Part shown: positions 10,327 to 18,413 of the stretch, piece after piece
How the letters are laid out: each line of letters starts with the position of its first letter
How positions within the stretch are numbered: the stretch's first letter is position 1
Assembly (NCBI GenBank): GCA_963665095.1
Contig: OY762069.1
Location: 3,968,001 to 4,032,000 of the forward strand
Direction of reading: 5' to 3'
Length of the DNA: 64,000 nucleotides
Source of the DNA: an uncultured Desulfobacter sp.
Lineage (GTDB): Bacteria; Desulfobacterota; Desulfobacteria; Desulfobacterales; Desulfobacteraceae
Program-made: the position numbers and the translations under genes
Notes under the pieces: generated by a model
Databases searched by the model: none
What the model saw: the letters and a program-made list of their open reading frames with translations, nothing else
Told to the model about the DNA's origin: nothing

Positions 10327-10918
10327 AGGTCCTGATAATCAGCTTTTTGCCCGAGGAGACAGGCAACTCTTCAATAAAGGAGGCATTGGGAGAATCTGCT
10401 TCCCCTCTCACGTTCCCGGCCAGAGAAAAGGGACCAGCCTGACCGCTATTGTCAAGGACCCTGCTTTTTTCCATCAGTTTTTTCTGAAGCTGTTTCCATT
10501 CCTTCAGGGGATAGCCATTTGATATGCTGTCCAGTTCAGGGAGGGATTCTGAACTGATTATCAGTATAAACGCTGCAGTTTTCTCTGTCTCACCGATTTC
10601 ATAAAACGTGTCGGATGCGGGCAGAATCAGGCTGTCACGCGAAATAGCTGCGCCACTGGAAGGCAGGGCATCCACTTTTTCCCCATCATTATGAAATACG
10701 TAGATAAAAGATTGGTTTTCCGGAAAAAGAAATATTCTGAGACAGGTTCCCGGCACGATGACATTCTTTTTTTTGGCTCTGTATTCTGCGTCACTGGTTT
10801 TGACAAAAATCCCCAGCTTTCCCCTTACAAGATCCTTTTGGCCTGCAGGGGCCAATCCCCCTGCCAGGCAAACCAAAACAAAAACTGAGACAGCAGCGTA
10901 TAAAGATAACTTCTTCAT
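10304..10918 (-). CDS. exported DUF4384-like protein
   Basis: Signal peptide; LRIFLFPENQSFIYVFHNDGEKVDALP and FILIISSESL resemble the DUF4384 pattern; overlaps the start of the cyclase gene. Confidence 0.55.
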   Translation of the reverse strand: MKKLSLYAAVSVFVLVCLAGGLAPAGQKDLVRGKLGIFVKTSDAEYRAKKKNVIVPGTCLRIFLFPENQSFIYVFHNDGEKVDALPSSGAAISRDSLILPASDTFYEIGETEKTAAFILIISSESLPELDSISNGYPLKEWKQLQKKLMEKSRVLDNSGQAGPFSLAGNVRGEADSPNASFIEELPVSSGKKLIIRTYDFKVKK

Positions 10919-11199
10919 CAGATCTCTCCGCTATATTTTATTGAACAGTCTGTAATCTTAAATCAGATACCTGTTCTGACCTTTTTGCGATCATGATTCC
11001 AGGTCAGAAAAGGATACTCCTCCCACTAATCTCAATAGATATCTTAAAAAAACTGCCCCCGCAAGACCCTTGTCCCGGTTTGATCTGTTTTGCCTGCATT
11101 TTTTTAAAAAGCGCAAAAAGGTCCTAATATTTCACAGCCCTCCAATACATCCCGCCCTTGACAAAACCGTGCATCCTGTCCTAATTAACCTCTAAACAG

Positions 11200-12093
11200 A
11201 TGGATAAGGATATCATGAACCTGGACAGCCAGCTGGCCGGTACCCGGCTTTTACCCTATACCGTTGAAATTCCCCAGCGCCGGACCGTTAATTTTGCTGC
11301 CGGCCTGGCGGATAATAACCCCTGCTATTTTGACGATACCGTAAAGGCTTTAGTGGCTCCGCCCACCTTTCCTGTGTATGTAACCTGGCCTGTCCTGAGC
11401 CGCCTGCAGGATTTTATTCCTGAAAACAAATTCCCCATGGAAGTGCTGCTCACCCAGGTGCATTATACCGAGCATCTTATTCTTCACCGCCTGATCCGGC
11501 CCAATGACATCCTGACCATTAACGCCGACATCGCATCCATTGCACCCCACCGGGCCGGAACCCATGTGATTATCCGCCTGACTGCCCTTGACGGGAATGA
11601 CGACCCTGTTTTCACCGAATACGTCGGCGCCATGCTCAGGGGAGTGACCTGTACCGGAGAGGAAACGCGAGGCGCCCTGCCCCTGGTCCCGGAATTTATT
11701 CCGGAGGCCGGCCCCCAATGGCAGGCAGATCTGCCCATTAATCCCCTGGCCCCATACGTGTACGACGCATGCGCCGACATTGAATTTCCCATACACACCT
11801 CACCAAAGTTTGCCCGGGACGTGGGCCTGCCCGGTATCCTGCTCCAGGGTACAGCCACCTTAGGCTATGCAGTCCGGGAGCTGGTGAACCGCGAAGCTGA
11901 CGAAAATCCAGCATCTGTCAGTGAAATCGCCTGCACCTTCACCGGCATGGTCAGACCCGGAACAAAAATTTGCCTGCACTGCCTGGGTACCCGGAATCAA
12001 CACAACGAGACCCTTGTTTTCTTTGAGGTCCTCAACGACGAAAATAAAAAAGCCATCCGAAACGGATACATGAAAATCAAAAGCATAGCCTGA
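11200..12093 (+). CDS. double hot-dog MaoC-like (R)-enoyl-CoA hydratase/dehydratase
   Basis: Two hot-dog halves: FAAGLADNNP..VAPPTFP..VHYTEH and YDACADIEFPIHTS..GLPGILLQG..FTGMVRPG. Confidence 0.8.
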   Translation: MDKDIMNLDSQLAGTRLLPYTVEIPQRRTVNFAAGLADNNPCYFDDTVKALVAPPTFPVYVTWPVLSRLQDFIPENKFPMEVLLTQVHYTEHLILHRLIRPNDILTINADIASIAPHRAGTHVIIRLTALDGNDDPVFTEYVGAMLRGVTCTGEETRGALPLVPEFIPEAGPQWQADLPINPLAPYVYDACADIEFPIHTSPKFARDVGLPGILLQGTATLGYAVRELVNREADENPASVSEIACTFTGMVRPGTKICLHCLGTRNQHNETLVFFEVLNDENKKAIRNGYMKIKSIA

Positions 12094-12384
12094 CACAAAT
12101 CATTATAAAATGAATGAGTTGATACCTTTCCCCATAGGTATCCCATTAAGCAGTTTTCGTAGAAAAATGACTAATGCTAATTCCCTGTTAAATTTTCCGA
12201 CTTTATTTCATACTTTGATTGACATAAAAGAAGATTGTACCCTAAGATGTAATGCGATCTGGACAACTATTGGAATTTTTGGTGTAATATTCACATCATC
12301 TCATTCAACATCTCTTGGTGGCTTTGTATTTCGGTCTCGAGGACTTTTTAACATGTATATTATAATCTTAATGGGAGAGAAAAA

Positions 12385-13470
12385 ATGCGACAATTTAAAA
12401 TTATTGTTCAAAGATTAACAAAAATGTTTTTCAGTGTTCTTTTTGTCCTCCTGGGGATATATACCCCGGTATCGGCAGAGGTTGTCCCAATTTATCTTAA
12501 CATTACAGGCACCTTTGCCTCTGGTACGCCGGTGACCGTCTCCGTCACGGCAACCAGCACGGCCCGGGAGGAGATTTATTACAAATTTTATTATTGCCCA
12601 AACTACGGCACCGCTGAGTACGCAACCTCGCCCTGGGTTGTGATGCAGGAATACTCAACGGAAAGTACCTGTGAGTATACCTTCCCGGGCGATGGAAACT
12701 ATATTGTGGTGGTCAGAACGGTAGCTGACCCAACCAATGAGCCAGAAAATTTTCCCATCATAGGAGGTGTCGTCTCCATTGGAGCAACCACCAATCCCAA
12801 TGTCATTGAGTTATCGACGGACGGTGTAGGACCGGTCGCCCCCGACAGTGAGGTCACCTATACCATTGATGCCTCCTCTTCAGACGATGCAGATCTTTAC
12901 TACAAATGGTTTTACCAGGCGGTTTCCGACACGGATACCGAGGATGAATCGCCTTGGGTGGTGGTACAGGACTACTCCACCAGCAACACTTGTGAATATA
13001 CCTTTCCTGAAGAGGGGAAGTACGTGGTCGTGGTGCGGGCGGTGAGCGATCCTGATAATGAACCGGAAGATTTTCCAATTGTCGGCGGCATTCTTACCTG
13101 CAAAAAAGCAGAATGGGATATCGTTGCCCAGGTTAATATGGACGGCGCCTTTTCGACCATAGCCGATGCAACCATCACTACCAACGGTACCACCTTTTAT
13201 GCATGGATTTCGACTGCAATTATCGCAGGGTGGCCTGAAAACCATATTCTTTCCATTGAAGGAACCGTTGAAGGCAATACCTACACCTTTTCGAATCAAA
13301 TTGCAGAAATTGATGTCCAAGGTACCCAGGAAACACTTACCTTAGCCGGAGAATTCGAGATTATTGATGACTCCCTTACCGGAAGTGTCACTATTGACAT
13401 GCAGCGGGGAGGAAGTTCTTACGTGTATAACGGAACCGCTACCGTTACAGGAACCCGGAACGATCAGTGA
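12385..13470 (+). CDS. exported acidic beta-rich protein with two tandem ~83-aa Tyr-rich Ig-like (triple-tyrosine-like) domains
   Basis: Signal peptide ending VSA; duplicated motif YYK(F/W)...SPWVV.Q.YST..TCEYTFP..G.Y.VVVR.V.DP.NEPE.FPI.GG. Confidence 0.7.
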   Translation: MRQFKIIVQRLTKMFFSVLFVLLGIYTPVSAEVVPIYLNITGTFASGTPVTVSVTATSTAREEIYYKFYYCPNYGTAEYATSPWVVMQEYSTESTCEYTFPGDGNYIVVVRTVADPTNEPENFPIIGGVVSIGATTNPNVIELSTDGVGPVAPDSEVTYTIDASSSDDADLYYKWFYQAVSDTDTEDESPWVVVQDYSTSNTCEYTFPEEGKYVVVVRAVSDPDNEPEDFPIVGGILTCKKAEWDIVAQVNMDGAFSTIADATITTNGTTFYAWISTAIIAGWPENHILSIEGTVEGNTYTFSNQIAEIDVQGTQETLTLAGEFEIIDDSLTGSVTIDMQRGGSSYVYNGTATVTGTRNDQ

Positions 13471-13590
13471 CCTTCTTTTGTTCATACAAGTGGAAACGAC
13501 TCTTGCGGCTCAGGCAGCCTATTGATTGATCTGGTCTGCATGGTCAATCAGCAATAAAATATGCTGGGGGAATAAAAGAACCGCTCCACC

Positions 13591-13740
13591 ATGGATTAGA
13601 GTGTCAGATATATGGGGTAGCATCATTAAGCCCATTCATCATCGGCCATATCCATGAGCTGACAGGATGGTGGGACATCTGCATGGCCGTTTTGTCTGCA
13701 GCCGGCCTAGTGATGACCCTGTACGGTATGGGCGCAGCTA
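13591..13740 (+). pseudogene. decayed 3' remnant of a CynX/NimT-like MFS transporter
   Basis: Reads MD*SVRYM, then after a frameshift VASLSPFIIGHIHELTGWWDICMAVLSAAGLVMTLYGMGA. This resembles the last two TM helices of CynX-family MFS proteins (MAQSVGY..A..GP...G.LHD.TG.W). Confidence 0.4.
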
Positions 13741-14883
13741 AACGGGAAGGGTAATCTTAAAAACAGTGCCCTGTTCTCCGGATGTGGTAAATGTTACCTG
13801 CCCCCCAAGGATATTTTCCCCGAACAGTTTCATTGAATAGGTACCAATTCCCCTTCCGGCCTGATTCTTTGTGCTGAAATTACGCTGGAAAATCCTGTTT
13901 ATGATTTTGGGGGATATTTCCCGGTCATTCCATACAGAAAAACAAACAGTATCATCGATATGATCACACCGAATTTCCACCCGGCCGTTTTCATCAGAGG
14001 CTTCAAGGGCATTGACCACCATATTGCTTACAACCCTTAGCAGCAGGGACACATCACTCCTGAAAGACAGCACGGGGACATGATGGGAAAAATCAATGTA
14101 TTTCCCCTTTGCCGCCGGATGGCTTCTGAAAAGAGACTGCAGCTCTTCAAGTACCTGGCCCGGTGTACAGCTTTCCCAGACTGTCTGGTAGGCCCCGGAA
14201 TCATCCTGAAACAGACACTGCTGGATGACGATCTCCTTATGCAGACGCATGGCAATCTTCAGCACATTCTGGGTAGATGTGGTCCGGCACTCATATACAG
14301 CCAGTTCCCCGGCACCGACCAGCATCTGCAACAGGTTGTTCACATCATGGAAAAAAGTTCTTTCCAGGGCAGCCCGCTGCTGCTGACGTGTGATATCCTG
14401 AAGAAAGAGCAGAAGCAGTTTTTTCCCGTCAATACATAACGGATGGGATTTGACCATCAGAACCATGTCCACATCCTTCTGGTTCCGCCGGGCTGTCAGC
14501 GCACAGGTTTTTTCAACAGGTCTGTCCTGCCCCAGGCTTGATACCATGGCAACGGCAGCCCCGCAGCTTGCGCAGAATTTTGTCGTACCGCATCCGGCCG
14601 GCTCTTTGTGGGCATGGATACATTCCAGAGCTTCTCCCGGTCGAAGCCCTAAAACCCCGGCCGGGTCATCAATGCCGATCATCTTCAGAAAGGATTCATT
14701 AAACGCAATAATCTGCCGGTGCTCGTTGAGGACTGCCAGAAGCCCGCTGATGGAATGAAGCAGCCCGGACATAACAGGATTATTGCTGATAAAGTCAATT
14801 TCACAGGAAAGCGTTTTATCATCAGCTCGTTCAGGGGATGCAAAATAACTGTTCATTTTTAAATCCGGGTCGTAATTCTTCAC
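13738..14883 (-). CDS. soluble orphan sensor histidine kinase with Cys-rich PAS-like input domain
   Basis: H-box FFHDVNN, N-box NMVVNALEA, F/G2 boxes IFQRNFSTK..GRGIGTY; CIHAHKEPAGCGTTKFCASC motif; no TM segment. Confidence 0.88.
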   Translation of the reverse strand: MKNYDPDLKMNSYFASPERADDKTLSCEIDFISNNPVMSGLLHSISGLLAVLNEHRQIIAFNESFLKMIGIDDPAGVLGLRPGEALECIHAHKEPAGCGTTKFCASCGAAVAMVSSLGQDRPVEKTCALTARRNQKDVDMVLMVKSHPLCIDGKKLLLLFLQDITRQQQRAALERTFFHDVNNLLQMLVGAGELAVYECRTTSTQNVLKIAMRLHKEIVIQQCLFQDDSGAYQTVWESCTPGQVLEELQSLFRSHPAAKGKYIDFSHHVPVLSFRSDVSLLLRVVSNMVVNALEASDENGRVEIRCDHIDDTVCFSVWNDREISPKIINRIFQRNFSTKNQAGRGIGTYSMKLFGENILGGQVTFTTSGEQGTVFKITLPV

Positions 14884-15119
14884 ATTGATATATACGGATT
14901 TTGAATATCTTTATATTCGATGCATAACTCTACTATACAATCGGGGATAGATCAATGGCCACCCATGGAGTTTCAGAAGTCAGGCCTGATATTTTTTTAA
15001 AGGCCGGGAGAAACCAGGGTATGATAAGGGGTTTTATCTACGGATAAAATCAACATGACTTTGCCGGTGCTGCCTGATAAATTGATCAGAATTGATGTTT
15101 TTCAAAAAAGGGAAACACC

Positions 15120-15678
15120 ATGAAAAAACTTATTATTTTGATTATTCTAATTTTATTTGCCGGATATTCCGCAGCCAAGGAGATCCAGGTCGGTGCCATA
15201 ACGCCTCTTACAGGGGAACTTGCTGTTTATGGGGAAGGATTTCAGCAGGCCATGCTCCTGGCAGTCGATGAAATCAACTCGGCCGGCGGTATCAACGGCA
15301 CCCCCCCTTAAAATCGTATTTGAGGACAACGGCACCACTTCCGACGGGTCGGCCTGTGAAGGCGTAATCGGGACCTATCCTACAGTTCATAAGGATACAC
15401 CCCAGTTTCAGGCATTTAAAACCGCATGGGAAACAAGGCATTCCGGGAAGGAAATCCCGCTATTTGGGGAGTATTACTAGGATGTGGTAAAACTGGAGGC
15501 ACTGCCCCTGAAATCTGCTGCGTCCCTGGAAGCCGACGATATCAGGGAAGCGTTAATCCGGGTAAGCAAGGGTTTTGTGGGCGCAACGGGAGACAACTCC
15601 TTTGATGAAAATGGGGAGGTAGGAGCCACCTATGGCCGGTGGACCATCAAGGACGGAAAAATCACTGACTACGAATAA
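15120..15678 (+). pseudogene. LivK/LivJ-type ABC substrate-binding protein pseudogene
   Basis: Signal peptide and IQVGAITPLTGELAVYG..AVDEINSAGGING; +1 frameshift in a C7 run (15301-15307); large internal deletion at ..TSDGS|ACEGVIG..; in-frame TAG at 15478-15480; C-terminus FVGATGDNSFDENG. Confidence 0.85.
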
Positions 15679-15914
15679 CCGTCACAGCGCTGGTATCAGT
15701 CTTGAACAAAACAAAATTTTGACTAAGATGTACCAAAGGCGCCCCCTATATGTCAGGGTTCCGGATCAGAGAAACCATCATGGCCAAAGGGCCTGATGTT
15801 TTGATTCAAAGTGTGGACGACAGCCTGCTGCCGGTCATTTTCAAGACCACGAAGCTGTCCCGGTTGGCCCTTTACTTTTGGTAAATGGAGAGGCTTCTAC
15901 CTTGTTTTATTAGA

Positions 15915-17459
15915 TTAAAATTTTGTGGGCCAATTGGCCAGCCGGTGCTTGCCGATGCCTTTGCTTTCTGATTCACGTATGATTTTCAGCACATTTATCA
16001 GATAGGCCCGTGTCTGCCTGGGGTCTATGATGTCATGCAGATAGTAGGATTGCGCAGCCGGATAGGGGGATGAATCTCCAACCATCTGAGAAACCATTTT
16101 TTTTCTTTCCTCTGCAGGCAAGCCGCCAAAAACGACATCCGCAGCAATATTGGGTTCCATAAACCCTATTTCAGCGGTGGGCCAGGCAACAAAATAATCA
16201 GGTCCGGCACCGGGACCGCACATATTAATAGCCGCCTGACCGTATGATTTTCGTATAACAATGGATATCTTTGGTACCGTAACCTGGAATAATGCCTGAA
16301 GATTATTGGAAACTTTGGCTCCCACCCGTTTTCGTTCCGCTTCCTTTCCCACCATATGCCCCGGTGTATCATGCAAAAAAATCAGCGGAATGTTAAAGGA
16401 GTCACACAGGCATAAAAAGCTGGTGTGTTTGTCAAGACCGTCTGTATCCATGGCGCCAACATTGTGAAAGGGGTTGTTGGCGATAAAGCCGACAACTTCG
16501 CCGTTGATACGTGCCAGGCAGGTGATAAGCATTTTGCCGAAATTCGGTTTTAATTCAAGATATTCATCACCATCTATGATGCATTCAATGATTCTATGCA
16601 TATCATAGGTTCGGGTTCGTTTTTCAGGAAGTATGTCCAGTATCTTTTCAGCTTTGCCTGGATCCTCCTGGGGAGGTTTTTTCCATGGCGGCAGTTCCTT
16701 ATTACTTGAAGGCATGTAATCCAGACAGGTTTTAATAAGCTCGAAGCACTGCTCTTCATTGTCCGCCGCACGATCAGCCATCCCTGTTATGGTATCATGA
16801 ACCTCCCATCCCCCCATTTCCTCACCACTGTATGTTTGCCCGATTGCCCGGCCAAGGGCTCTGGGACCTGAGATACTCATTGCGCTGCCTTTTACCTGTA
16901 CGACAAAATCCGCCAGACAGGCCTGAAAAATGCCTATTCCATAGCATTCACCCATGGCACCCAGAATAAGGGGCTGCTCACGAAAATGGGTGTATTCGGG
17001 CAGAAGCGTATCAACCCCGCCACCGCCCAGTGAACAGACATTCCTGGCCCCCTGGCAGTCCGGCATTCTCGCACCGCCAGCCTCTGCCAGCCAGATCAGA
17101 GGAACCCGGTTCTTTATGGCCTGCGTTTTAAATTGAAGGAGTTTTTTTAAATTAATTCTGGCATTTGTGGACGCCAGAACCGTAAAATCATGTGCAAGCA
17201 AACCTACAAGCCGGCCATTTATCCGGCCATAGCCGCAGATCAAACTGTCTGCGGGGGTTCTGTCTTCCATTCCGGGCATGTCTGACGTGGCCAATGCACC
17301 AAATTCCATAAACGAACCTAAGTCCAGTAAGTTGTCAATTCGTTCACGGGCAGTCAATCTGCCGGCATTGTGCTGCCTTTTGACTTTCTCCGGTCCCCCT
17401 TGTTTCAGTGAATTTTCCTTTTTCTGATAGAGCTCTTCAATCATCTTCTCGAATGCCAT
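15915..17459 (-). CDS. acyl-CoA carboxylase/decarboxylase carboxyltransferase (beta) subunit
   Basis: GGPEKVKRQHNAGRLTARERI, EAGGARM, CDSFNIPLIFLHDTPG, VIRKSYG, DIIDPRQTR. Confidence 0.92.
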   Translation of the reverse strand: MAFEKMIEELYQKKENSLKQGGPEKVKRQHNAGRLTARERIDNLLDLGSFMEFGALATSDMPGMEDRTPADSLICGYGRINGRLVGLLAHDFTVLASTNARINLKKLLQFKTQAIKNRVPLIWLAEAGGARMPDCQGARNVCSLGGGGVDTLLPEYTHFREQPLILGAMGECYGIGIFQACLADFVVQVKGSAMSISGPRALGRAIGQTYSGEEMGGWEVHDTITGMADRAADNEEQCFELIKTCLDYMPSSNKELPPWKKPPQEDPGKAEKILDILPEKRTRTYDMHRIIECIIDGDEYLELKPNFGKMLITCLARINGEVVGFIANNPFHNVGAMDTDGLDKHTSFLCLCDSFNIPLIFLHDTPGHMVGKEAERKRVGAKVSNNLQALFQVTVPKISIVIRKSYGQAAINMCGPGAGPDYFVAWPTAEIGFMEPNIAADVVFGGLPAEERKKMVSQMVGDSSPYPAAQSYYLHDIIDPRQTRAYLINVLKIIRESESKGIGKHRLANWPTKF

Positions 17460-17533
17460 ATTGTATTCTCCTTTTGTAAGATTTAGATGCGAAAGCCGTT
17501 TTCATGGCCGTGCAGCACGAATGGATTGCCTGT

Positions 17534-18157
17534 TCAAATGCTTATGGTTTTCCAGAATACGGGGAAAAAATGATCAATGGAGTCCACGAGATCTCTGTTC
17601 ATCCCGTGAAAGTACCAGACCTGAACTGTGCGGCCCAGATGCATGAAAAACTGACTCATCATCTGCATTTCAGACAATTGAGGATCAAGTTCACCACGTT
17701 CCTGCCCCAACGCAATGATCTGATGCAGGATTTCATGGCCGGGCGGATTCATCCAGACCTCGTTTTCCATACAGGTCTTTAATGGTAATGTTATAAAGTA
17801 GATAATTGCCAGTCCCGGATGACGGTCATAATAATCCAAAACCACCCAGAAGGCCTTGCGGCATTTCTCCCTTGTGGATTCCAGTCCTTTGATGTGAATA
17901 TTCAGCTGCTTAAAAATTTTTATGATATGGTATTCCAGGGTTCTGACAACCAGATTCTCCTTGGATGAAAAGTATTTATATATTGTGGCCGTACTGATTC
18001 CGGAAAGATCGGCAAGTTCCTTGATCTTTACCTGGTGAAAATCTTTTTCCGAAAATAATTTCAGGATAACCGGGTTCAGTGCTGTTGATATTTTTTCAGG
18101 TATATCTGGCCGGCTTTGCGCAAGCCTTTCTCCTAATTCTTTGGAAGGGGCGTTCAT
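17534..18157 (-). CDS. TetR/AcrR family transcriptional regulator
   Basis: N-terminal HTH LFSEKDFHQVKIKELADLSGISTATIYKYFSSKE. Confidence 0.93.
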   Translation of the reverse strand: MNAPSKELGERLAQSRPDIPEKISTALNPVILKLFSEKDFHQVKIKELADLSGISTATIYKYFSSKENLVVRTLEYHIIKIFKQLNIHIKGLESTREKCRKAFWVVLDYYDRHPGLAIIYFITLPLKTCMENEVWMNPPGHEILHQIIALGQERGELDPQLSEMQMMSQFFMHLGRTVQVWYFHGMNRDLVDSIDHFFPVFWKTISI

Positions 18158-18413
18158 AGGGTGTCTCTGCCTTAACCTTATCTGTTTTGTAAATCATTAA
18201 ACTGTAAATTTCAATAAGTGGACCATAGCCGTTAAAACTGATTAATCATAAAATAAAAACCAATTTATAGCAATCTTATTAAAATAGAATTTTATTATTA
18301 TATGATTATTGAAAAGTGATTATAAATAGAGTATAAATCTAAAATTATATTTTAGAAAAATGATATAAATAAAAATTATTTTTTATCCATAATATATAAT
18401 AGAAAGGGGGCAC

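Noticed and set aside
10974..11009. 9-bp inverted repeat TTCTGACCT / AGGTCAGAA upstream of the DUF4384 operon
   Set aside because: Single occurrence with no cognate regulator; could arise by chance.
12110..12418. 102-aa ORF in an AT-rich spacer
   Set aside because: No motifs; it spans a likely promoter (TTGACA 12219, TAAGAT 12243) and overlaps the next gene out of frame.
15478..15480. In-frame TAG as possible pyrrolysine readthrough
   Set aside because: The same gene also has a frameshift and a large deletion, so decay is the simpler explanation.
15750..15884. 44-codon ORF MSGFRIRETIMAKG...
   Set aside because: No convincing RBS or recognisable family; cannot be called a gene or a relic.
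18158..18413. Weak matches to the 17-bp island operator in the TetR/ligase spacer
   Set aside because: The region is extremely AT-rich, the AGCT core is missing and there is no adjacent TTGACA.
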